Assembly (NCBI GenBank): GCA_046861645.1
Contig: JBHHUM010000057.1
Span: 1-14,070, forward strand
Source: Fidelibacterota bacterium
GTDB taxonomy: Bacteria; Fidelibacterota; Marinisomatia; Marinisomatales; UBA2128
Direction of reading: 5' to 3'
Length of the DNA stretch: 14,070 nt
Position numbers and translations under genes: made by a program. Under the pieces are notes generated by a model. That model was not told the DNA's origin. It did not search any database and was given only the letters and a program-made list of their open reading frames with translations. Shown here one piece after another: positions 7,249-14,070 of this stretch (positions within the stretch are counted from its first letter, which is position 1; every line of letters begins with the position of its first letter).

Positions 7249-9441
7249 ATGTCATCACATCAAAATAAGTCAAGAGGATTTCTGTCTTTGCCGGTAGCTG
7301 ATAAATCTCTCTGGAGTATTCTATTTACACTCTCTTTTTTAACAGTAATTTCAGCTCAAATTCAGGAAGATGTCTTTGATAAATACACATCGGTAGGTCA
7401 GTTAGGTATGACGGTTACCAATTTTGGTGTCCTGGGTAACGGTTGGAATCAGATTAATGGACGTATTCTCCCTTCCTGCCAGTATAAGCAGCATACAGAG
7501 ATAGAACGAGAACAGATCGAACATTTTTCGTTTGCAGGTCTTTGGATAGGAGGACTTGTCAATGGTGAGCGCAGGGTTTCAACTGCTATCGTGGATGGTG
7601 TCTTCGAATCTGGACAGGAAGGATTTGAGTTTTTTGCCAATTCCGACATATCCATTAAATCCTCCATTTCATCTACAGCAGAAGACTCCATGGCTCAGTA
7701 TTTCTCTCCTTTTGCCATATCCCATCAAGATTTCATAACGGAATTCAAAGATTTTGGAGACAATCCTAATGATGATTTAGGAATCCCTAACCACAAACCA
7801 CTGGGTATCAGCGTGCATCTGGAATCCTATGCCTGGAATTTTACCTTCGCTGACGCCTTTGTGATCCTCAACTATTCCATCCGCAATGAATCCCCAGAAA
7901 CTATCGAAAATATTTACACCGGTATCTGGGCTGACGCCTCCATTGCCAATATGAACTATACCAATATATTCGAACCCGGTGGTGGCTTTTCCTGGTATGA
8001 CAATTTGGATGGTTATGATGAATCTCTTGATGAAGCAGGTTTTAATCGCGACATCGGCTATCAGTACGATCTTGACGGCGATGATGGCTGGGCGCAATCA
8101 TACTTCGGTGTTACCATACTAGGCGGTTCAGTCCCTCGTCCCTACTGGGATACCTATTATAATCAATGGGTCTGGACCACCAGCAATAATGATGACTATC
8201 CAGATTATACCATGCCCCTTTCCGATTATGACCGCTATCATCAACTGCACAACTCTGTACCCCAAATGACGGGTGAATTGTACACGTCTGAGGGCTATCC
8301 CGCAGAACCCAACAGCTGGCTTTTCATGACCTCTGCTGGACCCTTTGGAAGCCAGCCAACAGAAGTTGACTCTTCCACTTGGGCACTACCGCCGGGTGAT
8401 TCTTGTAATGTGGTATTTGCTATTATCACCGGTATGTGGGCTAGTGGTGGAGACGACTCTCCAGCTCGGAGAGCCAATCTACACACCAACGCTGACTGGG
8501 CACAAAAGGCCTATAATGGCGAAGACAAAAATCGCAACAACATCCTCGATGAAGGTGAAGATATTGATGAAGACGGTGAGATTGACCGTTATATCCTTCC
8601 TGAACCACCGCCGGTTCCCAATATGACTGTAGACGTGGGGGATCAGATTGTAACTATTTATTGGGATGATAACGCCGAAGCATTTATTGATCCCGTCAGC
8701 AGGGAAAAGGATTTCGAAGGGTACAGGATTTGGGGTGCCAGGAAAACTTCAGGTGAAGAAGCAATCGAATTCACCCTTTTGGCTGAATTCGACAGAACGG
8801 ACAGTGTTTCCGCGGATATCGGGTACAACACTGGTTTTGAAGCCGTGCGCATCACCAATAACGAAGGTGAACCGGATAGCCTGGAAATCAATGGTCGCTT
8901 TTATCACTACCAGTTTGTTAATGAAAATGTCAAAAGCGGCTGGTTGAATTATTACGCTGTCACAGCCTATGATCGAGGGGATCCCGATGCCAATCTGGAA
9001 AGTCTTGAAAGTTCCATCTTTGCTAATCGTAAATACGTTTATCCAGGAGCTAAGGTAGCCACGGATGAATGGCCTAATCCACCTCGGGTTTATCCTAATC
9101 CTTATCGTGGACAGGCTGTATGGGAAGGTTACGGTAGTCGAGAAAGGATGATCTGGTTTACCAATCTTCCCAGTAAAGCAGAAATTCGCATCTTCACTCT
9201 GGCCGGCGATCTTGTAGACATTATTAAACACGATGAAGCAACCTATACTGGAGCAGATATTCAAAATATTGATGAAAATAGACATCCTCGTTTCAGTGGA
9301 GGAGAACATGCCTGGGATTTGATCACTCGGCATGACCAGGCGATCTCGACAGGACTTTATCTTTTCACTGTAGAGAATCTGGATGAGCAAAGCTCGTTGT
9401 TCGGCAGTATAAAGGAAGGTAAATTTGTTATTATCAAGTAA
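7249..9441 (+). CDS. Large secreted protein: unknown N-terminal beta-rich domain, Ca-binding-like acidic loops, FN3-like domain, T9SS-like C-terminal sorting domain
   Basis: 730-aa ORF with a hydrophobic signal ending ISA-Q. An alternative start is TTG 7288, 9 nt after AGAGGA. FN3-like PPPVP...VTIYWD...FEGYRIW...YYAVTAYD. CTD VYPNPY...FTNLP...IRIFTLAGDLV...WDL...STGLYLF...GKFVIIK. Confidence 0.85.
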   Translation: MSSHQNKSRGFLSLPVADKSLWSILFTLSFLTVISAQIQEDVFDKYTSVGQLGMTVTNFGVLGNGWNQINGRILPSCQYKQHTEIEREQIEHFSFAGLWIGGLVNGERRVSTAIVDGVFESGQEGFEFFANSDISIKSSISSTAEDSMAQYFSPFAISHQDFITEFKDFGDNPNDDLGIPNHKPLGISVHLESYAWNFTFADAFVILNYSIRNESPETIENIYTGIWADASIANMNYTNIFEPGGGFSWYDNLDGYDESLDEAGFNRDIGYQYDLDGDDGWAQSYFGVTILGGSVPRPYWDTYYNQWVWTTSNNDDYPDYTMPLSDYDRYHQLHNSVPQMTGELYTSEGYPAEPNSWLFMTSAGPFGSQPTEVDSSTWALPPGDSCNVVFAIITGMWASGGDDSPARRANLHTNADWAQKAYNGEDKNRNNILDEGEDIDEDGEIDRYILPEPPPVPNMTVDVGDQIVTIYWDDNAEAFIDPVSREKDFEGYRIWGARKTSGEEAIEFTLLAEFDRTDSVSADIGYNTGFEAVRITNNEGEPDSLEINGRFYHYQFVNENVKSGWLNYYAVTAYDRGDPDANLESLESSIFANRKYVYPGAKVATDEWPNPPRVYPNPYRGQAVWEGYGSRERMIWFTNLPSKAEIRIFTLAGDLVDIIKHDEATYTGADIQNIDENRHPRFSGGEHAWDLITRHDQAISTGLYLFTVENLDEQSSLFGSIKEGKFVIIK

Positions 9442-9466
9442 CACACACCCAAGGAAGGAGGCTATC

Positions 9467-12400
9467 ATGAAACTAAAAGTTAAGATCATGATCAGAAGTG
9501 TGGTATTGTTCACTCTGATGGGCATGATCTATGGGCAGAGTATCACTCCCATACACGATATTCAATATGCAACTGACGTTGGTGATGGATGTTATGATTC
9601 CCCTTTAGATGGGAGTGCCGTGACTGTTACCGGTTTTGTTACAGCTGTTACCAGTAGCGGCAGGTTCTATCTCCAAGATGGAGGAACAACCTGGGACGGA
9701 ATCTACGTTTACGATACCTCAGTTCAGCCATCTATAGGGGATTCGGTAACATTTACGGCAAGCGTGTCCGAGTATTTTGGGATGACAGAACTATCAGGCA
9801 CATCAAATTCTACAATACATTCATCTGGGAATACTGTATTCGCTCCGATCAGTGCCACTACTGGAGAATTGGGAGCCGGCTGCTCAGATACAGGCGAACC
9901 CTATGAAGGTCTATTAGTCGTCCTCACCGATGTGACGGTAACATCTGAAGCAAATCAGTATGGAGAATGGTATGTAGATGATGGAAGCGGCGAATGCCAG
10001 GTCGATGACAACTTCTTTTCTGTTACACCAACTGTGGGAGATTTCTTCGATTCAATTACCGGGGTAATTGATTACAGTTTTAGCGAATATGAAATCAATC
10101 CAAGGGATGCTGATGACATCGTAACCACAGCCATCGGTCCCACCCTGGTTTCTGTCGATTTCATCCCGACGTTTCCCGCTCCTGGAGAAGATGTCAGCGT
10201 AACAGCCACAGCTTATGACGACAAAACTGGATTGGTTGCGGAACTTTTCACTTCTGACGATGGCGGCTCAAACTGGTCATTTTCAACCATGACCGACAAC
10301 GGCGATTCTACATTTTCGGCAACAATCGCTGGACAGGATGAAGGTGTAACTATCGACTTCTATGTACTTCTCACTGATAGCGACACTAACACGGCCAATT
10401 CAGATACTTTCAGTGTCACTTTTTCTCAAATTGGTGAAATCACTTCGATTTACGACATTCAATATGTGACTGATCCGGGTACAGATGATGCCAGTCCCCT
10501 TGTTGATAGTGTCGTAACTATCACTGGTATTGTCACTGCTGAATTCTGGGGAGGAAGCAGTAATCGAAATATTTATGTTCAGGAAGCCGAAGCACCCTGG
10601 AGCGGTGTTGTGGTTTTTGAATCGGATGGATGGGATAATTTCGATATTGACTCCCCGGATGGAATTGTACATTCCGTAGCGGAAGGTGATAGTGTGGTTA
10701 TTACCGGTACCGTAGTTGAATATTACAACAAGACGGAAATCACGGATGTCACATCGTTCGACATCATCGCCCATGGCAGTTTAGCCGTGAATCCCCTGGC
10801 AGTAACCTGTCAGGAATTAACAGACAACGCCGAGTCCTATGAAGGCGTCCTTGTTGGCATTGCTGACTGTTCAGTAGATGATCCGGATCTCGGCTATGGT
10901 GAATGGTCAGTAACAGACGGTACGGGGTCTACCCGTTTAGATGATAATTGGGAATACTTCTACTTTCCTGAAGCTGGACAGGCGTTGGCTGAAGTAGTGG
11001 GTGTTCTCGATTACACGTTTGGAGACTACAAGATACAGCCTCGGTTGGCTCGTGACGTTGTGGAAGATGGTCCCGTACGCATTCAACGTATTCAACAGGT
11101 TCTTTATAGCGATCTACTGGAAGCTAGTGAAAATGAAACTTCAGATATGTCCTACATGTTTGGCGATACGGTAACTATTGAAGGTATTGTCACGATGCCC
11201 ACTGGACTTAGTTTTGCCGGGGCTGGGGTGAAGTTCATTTATGAAGATGAACATGGTGGACCTTGGAGCGCAATACTCTCGTACGATCCGGACAGTTCTG
11301 CTTTTCCCGTACTTTATGAAGGTGATAAAGTACAAGCAACCGGCTACGTCTCCGAATACTCCACCGGTCCCTCTAACATGACGGAACTGTTCATCACTGA
11401 ACCAGTGGAATTAATCGATGTAGGAATAGCTTTACCAGCCGTGGATACTCTCGCCACAGGCGATTTACGTTGGCCCACTGAAGCTGAGCCATGGGGTAAT
11501 GTCATGGTTCGTGTTGCTGATGTAACCGTCATGGAAAATGACCTTCCCTTTGGTGAATGGTCTGTCGATGACGGATCAGGTTCAGTAAACATCGATGATG
11601 ACTCCGACTCCATATCTGTCTGGCAGGAAGAGAATGGTCGTCCACCGACGGGGACTTTCATCCAGTCAATTCGTGGTTGGGTTTACCATCACTTCGGTAG
11701 CTATGGAGACTCTACTGCCTATAAACTGGAACCACTATATGTCTCCGACATCGAGTTTGGAGCCGGACCGCCAAACATCCAAGATGTAGGCAGATCGCCG
11801 TGTGTTCCAGGACCTTCTGACGACGTGGTTATCAGTTGTGAAATCAGTGATAACTCCACTGTTTCCCAAGCGGAGATCCAATACCGTGTGGACGCCGGTG
11901 ATTACACAGCTATCACCATGAGCAACACCGGCGGTACCACCTGGGAGGGTACTATTCCAGCAACCAACGAAGACGGTAGTATAGTGGATTACTATATCAT
12001 TGCCACTGATGATGGTGAAGGACAGGATGAAGCAAAGAGTAGTACTTATCCGAATGATATTGAACAACTACAAATGGGTTACACAACAAAAGCAGGAGAC
12101 CTGTCTATTCTCGACATACAGTTTACCAACTGGCCAGCAGGTGACTCACCTTTTAACGACTGCGAAGTAACTGTTACCGGAATAGTCACTGCAGATACAG
12201 CTCAGTACTATAGTGCTTACGGAGCTTATGCCATACAGTCTGAGAGTGGTCCGTGGAACGGGATCATCTTTGACGGTTGGGACACCTCACTCCTCACTCG
12301 TGGTGAAGAGGTTACAATCACCGGATTTGTCGAGGAATACGATCCAGAATGGCATTTCAAGTATGATAACAACACCAAGATCATCAACGTCTCTGATGTG

Positions 12401-13039
12401 GTTGTGCTCAGCAGTGGTAATAGTGTAACTCCATACTCGGTTCAAACGGCTGATTTAGCTCACGATGGTGATGATGTAGAATCTTATGAGGGGTGTCTTG
12501 TCACTCTCTCTAATGTGACTGTTTCTGCCCTTAACCAATATGACTGGAGTGTCGTTGACGAATCAGGTGTATCTTGTCTTATCGACGATGATATGGCAAA
12601 TGATGCTGCCGTAGCTTTCCTCGAATCTTTGGAGGAAGGCCAGTCCCTCTCCACGGTAACTGGAATCTTCAACTTCAGTTTCGGCACTTATAAAATACAA
12701 GTGCGAGATATGGAAGATCTGGGTGAAGTTGGCATCGGTGGTGATGTGGCATTGCAACCTTACACATACAAACTATACCCTAACTTCCCCAATCCGTTCA
12801 ATCCAGAGACACGTATTCGGTTTGAGATTCCTGAACGAGAACGGGTAAAGGTGATCATCTATGATATTCTTGGTCACCACGTACGTACGTTGACAAACCG
12901 GGATTACGATCGTGGCTATCATATATTGAACTGGGATGGGCTTAACGATACTGGTGTACAGGTTAGTTCAGGTGTTTACGTCTGTCGCATTAAGGCCGGA
13001 GATTTCATCGATCACCGCAAAATGACTCTCGTACGTTGA
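9467..13039 (+). CDS. Secreted acidic multi-OB-fold protein (four double-OB modules, two Ig-like domains, FlgD-Ig/T9SS type A CTD), 1190 aa
   Basis: Start revised to ATG 9467 (SD AAGGAGG 5 nt upstream; signal peptide ending IYG-Q). Four repeats of I.DIQ..SP....VT.TG.VT...PW.G...GD.V...G.V.EY...T..., then E.YEG.LV....V.V...GEW.V.DG.G...DD...G...Y.FG.YK..PR...D. CTD LYPNFPNPFNPET...WDG.N..G..VSSGVY...KMTLVR. Confidence 0.9.
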   Translation: MKLKVKIMIRSVVLFTLMGMIYGQSITPIHDIQYATDVGDGCYDSPLDGSAVTVTGFVTAVTSSGRFYLQDGGTTWDGIYVYDTSVQPSIGDSVTFTASVSEYFGMTELSGTSNSTIHSSGNTVFAPISATTGELGAGCSDTGEPYEGLLVVLTDVTVTSEANQYGEWYVDDGSGECQVDDNFFSVTPTVGDFFDSITGVIDYSFSEYEINPRDADDIVTTAIGPTLVSVDFIPTFPAPGEDVSVTATAYDDKTGLVAELFTSDDGGSNWSFSTMTDNGDSTFSATIAGQDEGVTIDFYVLLTDSDTNTANSDTFSVTFSQIGEITSIYDIQYVTDPGTDDASPLVDSVVTITGIVTAEFWGGSSNRNIYVQEAEAPWSGVVVFESDGWDNFDIDSPDGIVHSVAEGDSVVITGTVVEYYNKTEITDVTSFDIIAHGSLAVNPLAVTCQELTDNAESYEGVLVGIADCSVDDPDLGYGEWSVTDGTGSTRLDDNWEYFYFPEAGQALAEVVGVLDYTFGDYKIQPRLARDVVEDGPVRIQRIQQVLYSDLLEASENETSDMSYMFGDTVTIEGIVTMPTGLSFAGAGVKFIYEDEHGGPWSAILSYDPDSSAFPVLYEGDKVQATGYVSEYSTGPSNMTELFITEPVELIDVGIALPAVDTLATGDLRWPTEAEPWGNVMVRVADVTVMENDLPFGEWSVDDGSGSVNIDDDSDSISVWQEENGRPPTGTFIQSIRGWVYHHFGSYGDSTAYKLEPLYVSDIEFGAGPPNIQDVGRSPCVPGPSDDVVISCEISDNSTVSQAEIQYRVDAGDYTAITMSNTGGTTWEGTIPATNEDGSIVDYYIIATDDGEGQDEAKSSTYPNDIEQLQMGYTTKAGDLSILDIQFTNWPAGDSPFNDCEVTVTGIVTADTAQYYSAYGAYAIQSESGPWNGIIFDGWDTSLLTRGEEVTITGFVEEYDPEWHFKYDNNTKIINVSDVVVLSSGNSVTPYSVQTADLAHDGDDVESYEGCLVTLSNVTVSALNQYDWSVVDESGVSCLIDDDMANDAAVAFLESLEEGQSLSTVTGIFNFSFGTYKIQVRDMEDLGEVGIGGDVALQPYTYKLYPNFPNPFNPETRIRFEIPERERVKVIIYDILGHHVRTLTNRDYDRGYHILNWDGLNDTGVQVSSGVYVCRIKAGDFIDHRKMTLVR
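9542..12721 (+). repeat. Four diverged intragenic protein repeats (~190-225 aa each): 9542-10120, 10439-11062, 11075-11752, 12101-12721
   Basis: Repeat starts ITPIHDIQY, ITSIYDIQY, VRIQRIQQV, LSILDIQF; repeat ends INPRDADDI, IQPRLARDV, LEPLYVSDI, IQVRDMEDL. Two related Ig-like spacers (about 10136-10423 and 11765-12052) both begin GP and contain M....TF/W...I......I.D.FY/YY...TD. Confidence 0.85.
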
Positions 13040-13048
13040 CAATAAGCA

Positions 13049-13084
13049 AAAGGGGGCCCGGTTAATTCTGGGCCCTCTTTCTAT
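13049..13084 (+). terminator. GC-rich hairpin after the OB-fold gene (weak intrinsic terminator or mRNA-stabilising stem)
   Basis: AAAGGGGGCCCGG-TTAATT-CTGGGCCCTCTTT forms a 13-bp stem including two G:U pairs. The U-tract is interrupted (TCTTTCTAT). It starts 9 nt after the stop and ends 16 nt before the next ATG. Confidence 0.7.
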
Positions 13085-13096
13085 CACTCGCTAGTA

Positions 13097-14070
13097 ATGA
13101 ATTTAAGATACTTTATCTTGCTGATGGTTTTCGTGGCAGGGTGCTCTCTGTGGGAGTATGAGGATCCTTCTGCCCCTATTCAGAATCAGGCTCCAGAAAC
13201 ATACCTTTCACTTATCGCCAGTGATACCCTCTATTTAGCCCTTCAAAATGGGGATTCACTTTGGGCAGCTATTGATTCTATAACCTTTGATTCAGCAACC
13301 CAGACTTATGACACTACCTGGCACTACCTTACTTCAGAACCAGAGACTTTGGTTAGCTGGATCGCTATCGGAAGCGCTTTCCACACTATAACTACCAGCA
13401 GACAAGAACTTTATTGGTGGGGAGAAGACCCCGACGGATACGTTATTGGGTATCGCTACCGCTGGGGGAATCAATCACCTTGGACTTACACAACTGCTGA
13501 ATCATCGTTGTTTTATGTCCCTATTACAACCGATCTGGATGTCTTTAGTTTTGAGGTGGTAGCAGTAGATGACGACAGTTTAGCTGATGAGACACCTGCA
13601 AAATTGGTGCTCCCCATCCAGAACTCTTCCCCATCTATTAGTTTCCGCTATCGAAGTAATCCGCTGACTGAAAATCTCCCTACTGATACAAGTTTTACTT
13701 TTCCGACAAGAACATTCATCTGGGATATAGAGGACCAGGACGGTATCGAAACTATTACCATGGTATACTATGCTCTTGATGACAGTTGTGACACCTGTTG
13801 GAACGAGCTAGACGCAGCTGCTTACTCCAGTGTAACTTTAACAGATATAGAGCCCGGTTTTCACTCTTTCTATCTAAAAGTAAAAGACATTGCTGGGGCA
13901 GAAAGCAAAACCATAGTTTTCCCCAATATCGATGATCCCTCTACGGTAAACTATTGGAAAGTAATGCCTGTTCAGGGCCTCTACGACCCTCTACTACCCT
14001 CTACTACAAGTGAAACATCAAAATTCAGTGTGCCAGACCCCTTCCGTCTTCAGCATTCTCGCAAGTTGGC
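13097..14070 (+). CDS. Lipoprotein with tandem Ig/FN3-like beta-sandwich domains (partial, open to the window end; absent from the ORF track)
   Basis: Manual translation: MNLRYFILLMVFVAG-C (lipobox VAGC, Cys16 at 13142), then SLWEYEDPSAPIQNQAPETYL...LYWWGEDPDGYVIGYRYRW...FSFEVVAVDDDSLADETPA...NSSPSISF...TFIWDIEDQDG...GFHSFYLKVKDIAGAES...WKVMPVQG. No stop codon up to 14070. Confidence 0.88.
   Translation, partial: MNLRYFILLMVFVAGCSLWEYEDPSAPIQNQAPETYLSLIASDTLYLALQNGDSLWAAIDSITFDSATQTYDTTWHYLTSEPETLVSWIAIGSAFHTITTSRQELYWWGEDPDGYVIGYRYRWGNQSPWTYTTAESSLFYVPITTDLDVFSFEVVAVDDDSLADETPAKLVLPIQNSSPSISFRYRSNPLTENLPTDTSFTFPTRTFIWDIEDQDGIETITMVYYALDDSCDTCWNELDAAAYSSVTLTDIEPGFHSFYLKVKDIAGAESKTIVFPNIDDPSTVNYWKVMPVQGLYDPLLPSTTSETSKFSVPDPFRLQHSRKL
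13978..14007 (+). repeat. Tandem repeat of three 10-bp units: CCTCTACGAC CCTCTACTAC CCTCTACTAC
   Basis: Read directly from the sequence. CCTCTACG also occurs 40 bp earlier at 13938-13945. Confidence 0.9.

Noticed and set aside
6068..9466. Longest-ORF starts at 6121 (272 aa), 7245 (374 aa) and 9425 (1204 aa)
   Set aside because: Downstream ATGs (6067, 7116, 9467) have an SD or promoter and put the signal peptide at the N-terminus. The longer starts overlap neighbouring genes or promoters.
8749..9525. 258-aa antisense ORF
   Set aside because: It lies opposite two well-supported + strand genes, has no recognisable motifs, and is best explained as a codon shadow.
795..12757. Remaining 60-124-aa ORFs in the track nested in or antisense to the main genes
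   Set aside because: All overlap stronger CDSs, with no evident protein motif or independent start signal.
13978..14007. CRISPR array or IS terminal repeat
   Set aside because: The units are 10 bp and contiguous with no spacers, and no cas or transposase gene or matching inverted end lies in the window.

Overview
Bacterial chromosomal window, probably from a diderm FCB-superphylum lineage such as Marinimicrobia/Calditrichota-like (inferred from T9SS/FlgD-type C-terminal domains and gene content). Back-to-back promoters at about 7124-7197 split it into two arms. The leftward (-) arm encodes a secreted YD/MORN-like beta-repeat protein, a small outer-membrane beta-barrel, a periplasmic TPR protein that closely resembles eukaryotic RMDN/FAM82 proteins, and an ADP-ribose-type Nudix hydrolase. 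After a palindrome-rich spacer it continues with queG, translationally coupled to an unusual SppA with an N-terminal beta-barrel-like domain. The rightward (+) arm encodes a 730-aa secreted FN3/CTD protein, a ~1190-aa acidic secreted protein made of four double-OB-fold modules with no visible catalytic domain, a GC-rich hairpin, and a lipoprotein missing from the ORF track that runs off the window. This arm is a candidate uncharacterised surface capture/uptake locus, possibly for nucleic acids. The last ~90 bp start with a 3x10-bp tandem repeat and may be a junction. No rRNA, tRNA, CRISPR array or transposase was seen. All family assignments come from motif recognition by eye, not from database searches.
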